Shown piece by piece: positions 9,887-20,237 of a stretch of DNA of 55,177 nt. The position numbers and the translations under genes were made by a program. Each line of letters starts with the position of its first letter. Within the stretch, counting starts at the first letter, position 1. The notes under the pieces were generated by a model. The model was not told the origin of the DNA. It ran no database searches and saw only the letters and a list, made by a program, of their open reading frames with translations. Origin of the DNA: an uncultured Gemmatimonadaceae bacterium (GTDB lineage Bacteria > Gemmatimonadota > Gemmatimonadetes > Gemmatimonadales > Gemmatimonadaceae); contig CAVVTZ010000013.1 in NCBI GenBank assembly GCA_963751275.1, positions 1 to 55,177 on the forward strand, read 5' to 3'.

Positions 9887-10363
9887 ATGCACACGCGAGC
9901 GGGAATGCTGGTGGGCATCGCGATCCTCGGCGGCATGCTGGGCTGCGCGACCATCATCAGCGGCTCGGACCAGGAGATCAAGTTCCAAAGCCATCCGGAC
10001 AGCGCGACGGTCACGATCGATGGCAGAGCACTCGGCAAGACGCCGCTGATCCAGAAGCTGAGCCGGAAGGACAAGCACGCCGTGCGATTCGAGCTGGACG
10101 GCTACGCGCCGGTGGACATGACGCTGACGCGGACCGTGAACGGCTGGGTGTTCGGCAACATCGTGTTCGGCGGGCTGATCGGCGTCGCGATCGACGGCAT
10201 CACGGGCGCGATGTTCGCGCTGAAGCCAAGTGATGTGACGGGCGCGCTCGCTCGCAGCGGGACGACGACGAGCGTGACGCAGAATGGACTGTACGTGGTG
10301 GTCGTGCTCCATCCCGAGCCGCACTGGCAGCGGATCGGGATGCTCCAACCGGTGAGGAAGTGA
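9887..10363 (+). CDS. PEGA-domain lipoprotein
   Basis: Lipobox MLGC; SHPDSATVTIDGRALGKTP PEGA motif; GGLIGVAIDGITGA. Confidence 0.8.
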   Translation: MHTRAGMLVGIAILGGMLGCATIISGSDQEIKFQSHPDSATVTIDGRALGKTPLIQKLSRKDKHAVRFELDGYAPVDMTLTRTVNGWVFGNIVFGGLIGVAIDGITGAMFALKPSDVTGALARSGTTTSVTQNGLYVVVVLHPEPHWQRIGMLQPVRK

Positions 10364-10431
10364 GCCACGTGCTCTGTTGCTCAGCTCGATCCGCTGGAAC
10401 ATGTTCTTCACCCTCACCGACGCGGGGCGGT

Positions 10432-11034
10432 ATGCATTTCGATCGAACACGATTCCACCGCGCATGCACGGTCGCGGCGCTCGTCGCCGCGACCGCCATC
10501 GTGCTGCCGGCACAAGGCACGACGGCCACGCGCACCGGCGTGTACGGCGGCGCCGGACTCGGGTGGGGATGGGGGCGCGAAGTGACGTGTCATGGGTGCT
10601 CGGATTTCTTTCCGAACGGCGCAACCGCCTACTTCGAGTTCGGGTTCACGCTCAATTCACATCTTCGCGCCGGTGTCCAAGCGGATCTCGCCGCTCAGAA
10701 CCCGTACGGCCGTCCGCTGAAATCCGAATTCTATATGGCGACGGCGACCTACTATCCAAGTTCGACGCAGGGCTTCTGGATCGAGGGGGCCGCCGGCTAT
10801 GGGACCGGGCCCTCGTTAATCGTGGTCCAGGATACTGTGAACCAGTCGACCGGCACGATCACCTTTCCCCACTCCGGATTCGCATTGGGGCTCGGCGTTG
10901 GATACGACATCGATCCGCACAACGGCGATCTGCGGGTCGTTCCGTTCTCGAGATTCCTCGATCAATATACCGGAACCAACGGACCCGGCCCGTTGCTGCT
11001 TCAATTCGGCGTGGAGCTCGCGTACAAGCATTGA
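10432..11034 (+). CDS. Putative small outer-membrane beta-barrel protein
   Basis: Signal peptide, alternating aromatic/glycine strands, C-terminal LQFGVELAYKH. Confidence 0.65.
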   Translation: MHFDRTRFHRACTVAALVAATAIVLPAQGTTATRTGVYGGAGLGWGWGREVTCHGCSDFFPNGATAYFEFGFTLNSHLRAGVQADLAAQNPYGRPLKSEFYMATATYYPSSTQGFWIEGAAGYGTGPSLIVVQDTVNQSTGTITFPHSGFALGLGVGYDIDPHNGDLRVVPFSRFLDQYTGTNGPGPLLLQFGVELAYKH

Positions 11035-11102
11035 GCTGCGGCGATCGCGCGGCGGACCGATACGCAGGTTCGGGGTAGAAGCGGCATCCCTTCGGAGGAT
11101 CG

Positions 11103-11705
11103 ATGCGCGCCTTCGCAATCCTCACCGTCGCCGTCTCCACCCTGGCGCTCCACGCGCAGGACAGCACGGACGCCTCCGGGCACGCGCAGCTGGTGCAGGA
11201 CACGTCGCTCGCCGCGGCCGGCGATGAGGTCCTCGTCACCGCGCCATCGCTCGGCTTCCACGACACGCGCGGCACGCTCATCTCCATCCGCGACGACTCG
11301 ATCCGCTGGCGCATCCCGGGACCCGGCAGCGCGACGATCCCCATCGCGATCTCGGCGGTGAACTCGATCGCGATCAATCACGGGAATCTCCCGCCGCATC
11401 GCAACGCGCTGAACGGCGCCGCGGTCGGCGTCCTCTCCGGCGCGCTCGCCGGCTACGCCCGCGACAAGATCGTGATGGGCCCCGACGCCTCGTGCCCGAA
11501 CCTCTGCACCGACACCGGCGAACCGGTCGGCGGCGGCTTCGTCGGCGCCGTTGCCGGCGGCCTCGTCGGCGCCGGCATCGGATGGTTGATCAAGACGGGA
11601 TCGTACACGCGATACGACCGGGACGAGATCAATCAACTGCTGCTGGTCCCCGTGTGGGATAGTTATCAGGGGACGGTGGGGATGGTCGTGGCGATGAAGT
11701 TCTGA
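11103..11705 (+). CDS. Secreted/membrane hypothetical protein with glycine-zipper segments
   Basis: Signal peptide; GAAVGVLSGALAG and GGGFVGAVAGGLVGAGIG. Confidence 0.65.
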   Translation: MRAFAILTVAVSTLALHAQDSTDASGHAQLVQDTSLAAAGDEVLVTAPSLGFHDTRGTLISIRDDSIRWRIPGPGSATIPIAISAVNSIAINHGNLPPHRNALNGAAVGVLSGALAGYARDKIVMGPDASCPNLCTDTGEPVGGGFVGAVAGGLVGAGIGWLIKTGSYTRYDRDEINQLLLVPVWDSYQGTVGMVVAMKF

Positions 11706-11714
11706 GGGGCGGAC

Positions 11715-11792
11715 TTCGACTGACGATTGACGATTGACGCCTACGAACTACTCCCGCTGGCGTCAGTCGTCAGTCGTCAGTCGTCAGTCGAA
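11715..11792. repeat. Family B palindrome
   Basis: ttcgactgacgattgacgattgacgcctacgaac...ggcgtcagtcgtcagtcgtcagtcgtcagtcgaa between convergent genes. Confidence 0.85.
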
Positions 11793-11800
11793 CTCCGCTG

Positions 11801-12574
11801 CTAGTCGTCTAGGCGATGCAGAAAGGCCCGCACGCTCGAAAGGTCGATCGCCCTGCGCACCTTCGCCGAATCCTTCGCATCGAAGATCGCGTACGCCTCG
11901 TCGCAATACTTCGCGAAGAATGCCCACGTCATTTGATGCTTCTGCCCCCACGTGACGCACACGGGGCCGAGCGTGGTGTAGCCGGGCACGTGCACGTAAT
12001 GGCCGCCCCATGAATTCACCGCGCCGTTGGGGCCGGACACCACGTCCCACGGTTTGCCCGCCTGGAATTGCGCCTGCGCCGAGAGCGGCAGGCCGAGTCC
12101 GAGCCCGACGCCGACGTCGAGCACGATGGCCTGCTTCACCTCGTTGCGCACCGAGCGATCCAACTCGGAGAACGCCTGGATGCGATAGCGCTTCGTGGCC
12201 GCGAGCCAGCCGCTGCGCCGCCAGAGCGTGAGCGAGTCGAGCACGACGAGCCCGGAGTCGGCGCCGCCGGTCTCCTTGAAATACTCGCGCGTCACGTCGG
12301 TATCGCTGATCGCGATGATCTTCTTCTGCTCCACCAATTCGAAGCGCAGCGTCTGATGCGCGCGCCCGGCGATGACGCAATCGCCGTACCGGTCGTTGGC
12401 GAACACCGGCGTCGGCACCCCGGCATGCGCGACATTGAAATCATACTCCGCCGGCAGCGTGACCGGCGCACGCAGGATCGCCGCGAACTTGAGATTCCGC
12501 TTGTCGCGCTTGGCCTTCTGCTTCCCCAGCCGATAGAGCGGATTCCGCTCGAGCCCCTTGCTGCGGCGCATCAA
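11801..12574 (-). CDS. Putative papain-like (C1-like) cysteine hydrolase
   Basis: NDRYGDCVIAG, GGHYVHVPGY and VTWG in papain order. Confidence 0.6.
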   Translation of the reverse strand: MMRRSKGLERNPLYRLGKQKAKRDKRNLKFAAILRAPVTLPAEYDFNVAHAGVPTPVFANDRYGDCVIAGRAHQTLRFELVEQKKIIAISDTDVTREYFKETGGADSGLVVLDSLTLWRRSGWLAATKRYRIQAFSELDRSVRNEVKQAIVLDVGVGLGLGLPLSAQAQFQAGKPWDVVSGPNGAVNSWGGHYVHVPGYTTLGPVCVTWGQKHQMTWAFFAKYCDEAYAIFDAKDSAKVRRAIDLSSVRAFLHRLDD

Positions 12575-12614
12575 TCCCTCCCGTGATGAGGAGAGGAAGT
12601 TGCACTTACCTGAT

Positions 12615-12673
12615 GACTGTCGACTGTCGACTGTCGACTGTCGACTGGATCACTGTTGACTGTCTACTGCAGC
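12615..12673. repeat. Family A single arm
   Basis: (gactgtc)x4-gactggatcactgttgactgtctactgcagc. Confidence 0.85.
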
Positions 12674-12674
12674 C

Positions 12675-14246
12675 TTAGGCGCCCTGGTGGCGAAGTATCT
12701 CCCGCGCCGCCAGGACACTCCGCTCCCCCCGCGATCCCCCCACCAGGATGCGTCCCACTCCCACACATATACAACCCCGGCACCGGCGTCGCATACCGAC
12801 TACTCCCCGCCACCGGCCGCATGAACAATATCTGATCCAGCGTCAACTCCCCATGATACAGATTCCCCTCCGGCAACGCATACTCCGCCTCCAGATCCCC
12901 CGGCGTCAATACCTGCCGCTTGACCACCATCTTCGAGATCCCCGGCGCATACTCCTCGAGCGTCGCCATGACGCGATCGCCGAGTGCGTTCCGAGTCGCC
13001 ATATCCCACGACGCATCTCGGAGTTTGTACGGCGCGTACTGCATGTGCACACTCACCACACTCTTCCCGGCCGGCGCCATCGAACTATCCGCGTTCGACG
13101 GCACGCGCACCTGCAGATACGGCCGTTCCGACACGCGCCCGTACTTCGCGTCGTCGTACGCGCGCTCGAGATAATCGAGGCTCGGCGCGATCACGATCGT
13201 TTCGTCACCGGTAGCTGCCTGAAACTTCACCACGCCATCGACCGCGAGATGGACCTTCGCCCACGCGCCCTTGTACTTGATGTTCCCCACCGCGCTCGTG
13301 AATTCCGGCGAGAGCTGCGACGGATCGCACAGCGTCATGAACGTCTGCCGCGGGTCCGCGCTCGAGACGATGCGCGTGGCCGCGAGCTTCGTCGCCGTTC
13401 GCGAGCACGACTCCCATCGCGCGTCCACCCTGCATCTGCACGCGCTTCACCGCCGCACCCGTGCGGATCTCGACGCCGGCCGCGCGCGCCGAGTCCGCCA
13501 GCGCGCGCGCCAGCTCGTCCGACGCCGCCGCGCGCCGTCACCGGCGCATGGAACGCGCCCACCGCGCGGCCCACCTGATGATGCAGCATCACGAACGCCG
13601 TGCCGCCGGCCCGCGGTCCCTGGAAGATGTTCGTGATCCCGCGCGCCCCCACGATGCCCTTAAGCGCGTCGCTCTCGAACGCATCGTCCAGCACTTCGGC
13701 AACCGACATTGGCACGATCCGCATGAGATCGACCATCTGCGCCTTGCCCAGCTTGCGGAGCCGCAGCCCCAGCGAGAGCGCGCTGAACACATTGGTCGCC
13801 GACGACGCATTGATGCTCGGCGCGGGCGCCGAGTAGAGCGCCTCGAGGAAGCCGGCGAGCCGGCCCACGCGCGCCGCGAACTCGGGCCACTGCGCCGCAT
13901 CCCTCGGCGAGATCGCCTTGAGCGACTCGGCCGCGCGCGCCGGATCGCCGTCGAGCCGGAACGAGCCGCCGCCGCGCTGCGGCGCGAGCACCGCGCCGCT
14001 CGCCGGGAGCATTGTCAACCCGTGTTTCGCGAGATCGAGATCCGCCGCGATCCTCGCCGAGAGATAGCCGGCGTCGTGCGCACAGGCGTCCACGCGGAAC
14101 CCGGGCGCGAGTTCGGTGGTGACCGCCGAGCCGCCGACCGTGGGCTTCCGCTCGAGCACGAGCACCTTGAGCCCGCCGCGGGCGAGATAGCCCGCGGTGA
14201 CGAGGCCGTTCAGCCCCGCGCCGATGATGATCGCGTCGTAGCTCAT
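12675..14246 (-). CDS. Phytoene dehydrogenase-like (PYROXD2-like) FAD oxidoreductase, paralog 2; frameshifted
   Basis: YDAIIIGAGLNGL FAD motif, ERAYDDAKYG, GNLYHGE, GLYMCGSGTHPGGG. Confidence 0.88.
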
Positions 14247-15828
14247 GCGTCCTTCAGGATCTCGAGCGCCGCGAGGCGGCCGGAGGCGCCCATGATGCCG
14301 CCGCCCGGATGCGTGCCCGCGCCGCACTGATAGAAGCCGCGCACCGGCGTGCGGTAGCGCGCCCACTCGGGCGCCGGCCGGAAGAAGAACAATTGATGCA
14401 GCGCGAGCTCGCCGCCGAAGATGTTCCCTTCGCTCAAGCCCGTGATCTCCTCGATCTCGTGCGGCGTGATCACCTGCCGGTGCATGATCGCGCGTTGGAT
14501 ATTCGGCGCGAATTGCGCGAGCGTGTTCACCACCGCGTCGCCGAAGGCCTCGCGCTTCTGCGGCGTTCCAGCCGCCGTTGAGATTCCACGGCGCGTACTG
14601 CACGAAGATCGACATCACGTGCTTGCCCGGCGGCGCCATCCCCGGATCGATGAGCGACGGGATGATGATGTCCATGTACGGCTGTCGCGAGAACTCGCCG
14701 TACTTCGCGTCGTCGTACGCGCGCTCCACGTAGTCCATGCTCGGGCTGATGGACATCGCGCCGCGCAGATGCGGGCCATTCCCCGGCAGGCAGGTGAAGT
14801 CGGGCAGTTCGCTGAGCGCGAGATTCACCTTCCCCGACGAGCCGCGGAACTTGAACTTGTCGATCGCGTCCGTGAATTCCGTGGGGAGTTCCTTGCGGTC
14901 GAGCAGATGCAGGAAGGTGCGCCGTGGATCCAGCCCTGACACGATGACCGGCGCCTCGAACTCGTCGCCATTCTCGAGCGCGACGCCGGTGGCGCGGCCG
15001 TTCTTCACGATCACGTGCGCGACGCCGGCGTTCAGCTTGATCTCCGCGCCGAACGCGCGCGCGGAACTCGCGATCGCCTCGCTCACGGATCCCGTGCCTC
15101 CCTTCGCGAAGCCCCACGCGCGGAAGACGCCGTCGATCTCGCCCATGTAGTGATGGAGCAGCACGTACGCGGTGCCCGGCGAGCGCGGCCCGAGGAAGGT
15201 GCCGATGATCCCGCTCGCACTCTTCGTCGCCTTCAAGACGTCGGTCTCGAACCATTCATCCAGGAAGTCGCTCGCGCTCATCGTCATGAGCTTGTAGAGC
15301 GCGTTGAACTTCACCGCGCCCAACCCGCGCATGTGCTTGCCGAGCTTGAGCATCCCCATGAGATCGCGCGGGCTCAGCGACGCCGGATCGGGAGGCACCA
15401 TCGAGATGATCGGCTTCACCGCGCGCGCCATGTGGAACATCAGCTGGCCCGTATTCATCGTACGCGTCGGCATCCTTCTTCGAGTGGCGCAGCAGCTCGC
15501 GGCGCGTGTCGTCGTGGTCCGGCCACTGCGCCAGATAGTCGCCGTTGAACATCGGCGTCACCGTGCTCTCGAGCGGCAGGATGTGCAGCCCGTGCGCCGG
15601 CAGATTCAGATCGCGGATGATCTCGGGGCGCAGCAGGCTCACCACGTAGGAGAACACGGAGAAGGTGAAGCCCGGAAAGACCTGCCGGCTCACCGCCGCG
15701 CCGCCCACCTGGTCCGCCTTCTCGAGCACCAGCACCTTCTTGCCGGCGCGCGCGAGATACGCGGCGTTCACCAGCCCGTTGTGCCCCCCGCCCACCACGA
15801 TCGCGTCGTATCGCTTCACGGCCGTCAT
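14243..15828 (-). CDS. Phytoene dehydrogenase-like (PYROXD2-like) FAD oxidoreductase, paralog 1; frameshifted
   Basis: YDAIVVGGGHNGL, PGTAYVLLHH, ERAYDDAKYG, GAGTHPGGGIMGASG; ATGA overlaps at both ends. Confidence 0.9.
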
Positions 15829-17012
15829 GCCTTCTTCCTCGGCGGGTCGAAGAACGGCGTCGCCACCGCCTTCGCGGTCGCGCGCTTGCGCACGTGCTCC
15901 ACCGTGACCTCCATCTCCAGCGGCGCACCCGGCTCGAAGTGCGGCGTGCGCACATGCGCGAGTGCGATGTATTTCTTGAGCAGCGGACTCCAACTGCCGC
16001 TCGTCGCGTAGCCGACCTGGGTGCCACCGGTGTACACGGGCACGCTCGTGCGCCACGCCGTATTCGGCAGGCGCGGCGGCAGGCCCGCCTCGGCGTACAA
16101 CCCCTCGAGTGAGTCCCAGTCCACTTCGATCCCCGTGAGGCGCCACTCGGGTCCGCGTGCCACCTCGGCCGCCAGCGCATCCTTGCCCACGAACCACGGC
16201 TTCTTGAGATCCACGCTCCACGCGAGATTGAGTTCGTACGGCGACGATTTCTGCGCCTCGATCATCGCGCGGTGCGAGGAGAAATAGTCCACCTCGATGA
16301 GCACGAGTCCCGCCTCGATGCGCGCCATGTCCAGCGCGAGCATGCCGGCCGGGATGAGCCCATAGGGAATGCCCGTCTCATAGAGCGCATCCCAGAGCGG
16401 CAGCGCCTGCGCGGCGTCCACCCAGATCTCGTACCCCAGGTCGCCGGTGTAGCCGGTGCGCGAGATCGTGATCGGGATCCCGCGTGCGCGCGTGTGCACG
16501 AGACGGAAATACTTGAGGCCGGACAGATCGCTCTGGGTGAGCTGCTCGAGGATCACGCGCGAGGTGGGCCCCTGCAGCGCGAGCGCCGCCGTCTTGTCGG
16601 ACACGTCCTCGATCGTGACCTGCATGCCGAGCGCGTTGCGCGAGAGCCAGAGCAGGCTCGGATCGGCGGAGGTCATGCGGAAGGTCTTGTCCTCGAGACG
16701 CGAGATGGTCCCGTCATCGATCACTTTGCCGTGCGAGTCGCACCAGCACGTGTAGCCCACCTGGCCGACCTTCATCTTCAGGACGTCGCGCGTGACGACG
16801 CGGTCGAGCAGCCGCGCGGCGTCGGGGCCGGTGATCAGATACTTGTAGAGGGGCGAGACATCGAGCAGGCCCGCCGAACTCCGGATCGCGTGGTACTCGC
16901 GATCATGCACGAGGTCGTATTGACTGGCCGCGACGAACCCCGCCCAGCGCCGCCACGATTGGCTGACACAGAGCGCGGACGTGCGAGGGTGGAAAGGGGT
17001 CTGTTTCAGCAT
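15825..17012 (-). CDS. Folate-binding aminomethyltransferase family protein (GcvT/DmdA-like)
   Basis: LLDVSPLYKY, GKVIDDGT, LALQGP, SRTGYTGDLGYE, LDMARIEAG, PFFDPPRK. Confidence 0.9.
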   Translation of the reverse strand: MLKQTPFHPRTSALCVSQSWRRWAGFVAASQYDLVHDREYHAIRSSAGLLDVSPLYKYLITGPDAARLLDRVVTRDVLKMKVGQVGYTCWCDSHGKVIDDGTISRLEDKTFRMTSADPSLLWLSRNALGMQVTIEDVSDKTAALALQGPTSRVILEQLTQSDLSGLKYFRLVHTRARGIPITISRTGYTGDLGYEIWVDAAQALPLWDALYETGIPYGLIPAGMLALDMARIEAGLVLIEVDYFSSHRAMIEAQKSSPYELNLAWSVDLKKPWFVGKDALAAEVARGPEWRLTGIEVDWDSLEGLYAEAGLPPRLPNTAWRTSVPVYTGGTQVGYATSGSWSPLLKKYIALAHVRTPHFEPGAPLEMEVTVEHVRKRATAKAVATPFFDPPRKKA

Positions 17013-17102
17013 TTTGGCTCGCGGAACTTAGTGCGTGGTGCAGCGGTGGCGAGTCGGGGCTCCCGGCGCCGATAGTCGCGGCGCCGACCTCGTCGGGACC
17101 GG

Positions 17103-17515
17103 CTACGCGCTTACACGCTTCGAGCCTCGCGGCTGAAAAGCGCCGCGAGTCTCTCGCTACGCGCGACGCCGGCCGCTCCGAGGCCGGCACCGCTCCATTG
17201 GCTCCATGGGACCACGACTGCGCGCGACTGCTGCGCCGCATGACCCCGCGAGCACCGCGTGCCCGCACGATCCCGAACCCTCGCAAGCCCGCGCAATCCT
17301 CGTCCGGCGCGACGATCGCTTCGCGCCGGCACTGCGTCGCGGCCAGGAGGCGTGTGGGCGGGCTGAACTGCCGTACGCTGGCTTGCGCGATGTACGTGAT
17401 TCGCGCGCAAGGGAAATCGTCGGAGCGGCGGTGGACTCGGCGAAGCCGCCGTCGCGCGTAGCGAGAGACTCGCGGCGCGTTTCAGCCGCGAGGCTCGAAG
17501 CGTGTAAGCGCGTAG
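17103..17515. repeat. Inverted repeat with 66-bp arms and a ~280-bp spacer (REP doublet / MITE-like)
   Basis: 17103-17168 is the reverse complement of 17450-17515 with one mismatch; each arm holds GTAG plus an internal palindrome ctcgcggc..gccgcgag. Confidence 0.9.
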
Positions 17516-17554
17516 GCGGCGGAGCCGAGGCCGCCGCCGCGACCCACCGATGAG

Positions 17555-19985
17555 TTACTCGGCCCGCAGTGCCTCGTTGGGATCTACGCGTGCGGCACGG
17601 GACGCAGGAATCAGCACTGACAATGCGGCGACGAGCAACAAGAGCAGCGGGATCGTGGCGAACGTCAACGCGTCCATTGGCGCGACGCCGTAGAGCACGG
17701 ACCCGAGGAAACGTGTCAGCAGTGCGGCGGCGACGAGGCCCGCGGCGATGCCGCCCGCGGCGGGGGCGAGGCCCTGGCGCATGACGAGCGCGAGCACGCT
17801 CGCGCTGCGCGCGCCGAGCGCGAGACGGATGCCGATCTCACGCGTGCGCTGGCTCACGGCGTACGAGATCACGCCGTAGATGCCGACGGCGGCCAGCAGC
17901 AGCGCGAGTGCGGCGAAGCCAGCCATCAGCGCCATCGTGAAGCGTTGCTCCTGCGTCGCGGCGGCGAGCACGTCGCCGAGCGTCTCGACGTGCGTGAGCG
18001 GGATGTCGGCATCGATGGTGTGCACGATCTTCCCGATCGGCGCGGCGAGTGCGCGCGCATCGCCCGCGGTGCGCGCCACGAGCGTCATCGCGCGCCGCGG
18101 GCTCCCGAAGGCGTTCCCCCACTGCGCATGGGGAATGAAGAACTTGCGCTTCACCGGCGTCGTGAGCGACTGATGATGGACGTCGCCGATCACGCCCACG
18201 ATCGTACGCCACGGTTCGTTGGGTCCGCCCAGCTTGATGCGGTGACCCAACGGATCCTCATCGTGGAAGTATTCGCGCGCGAGCGTCTCGTTCACGGCGA
18301 TCACGAGCGGTGCGTCGAGCCGGTCGGTCGCTTCGATGCCGCGTCCCCGCACCACGCGCTCTTGCATTGCCTCGAAGTAGCCGGGCGTCACCACCTGCCA
18401 GTCCGCGCTCAATCCGTTCGCCTTGGGATCCATCGGGCGGCCCTCGATCGCCATCCCCGCGTCGCCCATGTCGGTGGCGAGCGGCAGCTGGCGCACGAAG
18501 CCCGCCGCCTGTACGCCCGGCAGCTCGCGCACGCCCTGCGCCACGCGGTCATAGAAATCCACCACCGCCATGGGCGTCGGATACCGCGCGGCCGGCAGCG
18601 ACAGCTGCAGCGTGAGCGCGTTGCGCGCGCCGAAGCCCGGATCGATCCGGCGCAGGTTCGCGAAGCTGCGAATGGTCAGTCCCGCGCCGATCACGAGCAG
18701 CACCGCGAGCGCCATCTCGGCGGCCACCAGCAGCGAGCGACCGCGCATGCGGGCCGCGCCGCCGCTCTGCCCGCGCGCGCCGTCGCGCAGCGCATCCTGC
18801 AGATCGATCCCGGCGCCGCGCACCGAGGGGAGCAAGCCGAACAAGAGTCCCGTTCCCACCGAGAGCACGAGCGTCACGCCGAGCACGCGCCAGTCCACCG
18901 ACAGATCCGCCAGTCGCGGGATCGTCGCGGGTGCGCGCGCGACGAGCACGCGCACGCCGGCCCACGCGAGCGCCGAGTCCCAGGGCGCCCCCCGCGCCGC
19001 AGAGGATCACGCTCTCGCCCAGAGCGAGCCGCACCAGCTGCCCCTGCCCCGCGCCGAGCGCCGAGCGCACGGCGAGCTCGCGGCGCCGCGCGTCCGCGCG
19101 CGTGAGAATGAGATTCGCGACGTTCGCGCAGGTGAGCAGCAACAGCAGGCCCACGGCCGCCGAGAGCACGACGAGCGCGCGCGATGCGCTTCCCGCGACG
19201 TCCGCGGGGAGCGGCACGGCGAAGGCGGTGAAGTGCATCGTGGCGGGATAGAGCCCCTGCTCCGTCCACTGCTTCGCGAGCGCGACGATCTGCGTCGTGG
19301 CGGTGGATGCGTTGAAGCCCGGCGTCAGCCGCCCGACGGCGTACAGGTAGTGGCTGCCGTGGTCGCGCGCGCCCGCGTCGACGCCGAGCGGCTGCACCAG
19401 CTGCGTGGTCGCGAGCCCTTTGAATTCCAGCGGGAACTTGAAGCCGCGCGGGAGGATGCCGACCACTTGCTGCGGCTTCGCATTGACGTCGATGATGCGG
19501 CCGATGATCGACGGATCGCCGCCGTAGCGGCGCTGCCACAATTCGTACGAGAGCATCACGACCGCCGGCGCCTTCGGCACATCCTCCGCGGCGGTGAACG
19601 CGCGCCCGAGCGCGGGCGGCGTGCCGAGCACGTCGAGCATGTTCGCCGTCATCTGCGTCTCGCCGACGGCCTCCGGACCTGAACCGCCGGTGAGCGTGAC
19701 GTCATAGCCCGGGCTCCACGCCGCCACGTCGCGGAACGCGCCCAGCTCCTTATAGCCGAGGTAATCTCCCTCCGCGAGCCAGGTCTTGTCGAAGTTGACC
19801 CACTTGCTCCAGACGAGCACGAGTTCGTCCGGCGCGCGATAGGGGAGCGGCTTGAGCAGCACCGCGTTGACGACCGAGAAGATCGCGGAGTTCGCGCCGA
19901 TCCCGAGCGCCAGCGTGAGGATGACCACCGCGCAGAAGGCCGGCTTGCGGGCGAGGGAGCGGAGGGCGATGCGGAGGGCGTGCAT
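17555..19985 (-). CDS. ADOP-type duplicated MacB/FtsX ABC permease; frameshift near 18970
   Basis: LTLALGIGANSAIFSVV, CANVANL, ELAVRSALGA, GIYGVISYAVSQRTREIGIRLALGA, RVDPNEALRAE. Confidence 0.92.
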
Positions 19986-20054
19986 GAGTCTCCTCTGGCC
20001 AGAGAGCGCGATGCACAGTTAGACCGTCAGAGCGAGGGAAAGGTTGGCGAGACT

Positions 20055-20235
20055 GCCTAACAGCAGGCTGTTGGCTGGCGGCCGTAGTTGAAGGGCCTAA
20101 CGGCAGGCTGTTGGCTGGCCGGCTGTCGTTGAAGGGCCTGACGGCAGGCTGACGGCTGGCGGCTGTCGCCGAGGCACGACCAACTCCTCTCGTCGTGGTG
20201 TGCGACAGCCGCCAGCCGACAGCCCGCCGTTAGGC
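20055..20235. repeat. Three tandem ~40-bp arms plus one inverted arm (GGCTGnn heptamers); ends GCCTAAC...GTTAGGC
   Basis: cctaacagcaggctgttggctggcggccg / cctaacggcaggctgttggctggccggctg / cctgacggcaggctgacggctggcggctgtcg ... cgacagccgccagccgacagcccgccgttagg. Confidence 0.85.
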
Positions 20236-20237
20236 GG

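Noticed and set aside
13335..15473. 712-aa ORF joining the two FAD oxidoreductases
   Set aside because: Frameshift artefact; the true stop/start overlap is at 14243-14246
12675..15828. Carotenoid desaturases (crtI)
   Set aside because: No crtB/crtE context; motifs and coupling to a GcvT-like gene fit the PYROXD2-like group
17013..17170. Glycine riboswitch upstream of the GcvT-family gene
   Set aside because: Only superficial GAGAGA/TTTCAG words inside the inverted-repeat arm; the conserved aptamer architecture is not seen and the gene is not in a gcvTHP operon
20055..20170. Possible CRISPR array (three ~40-bp units)
   Set aside because: Units abut with no unique spacers, they are degenerate, and there are no cas genes
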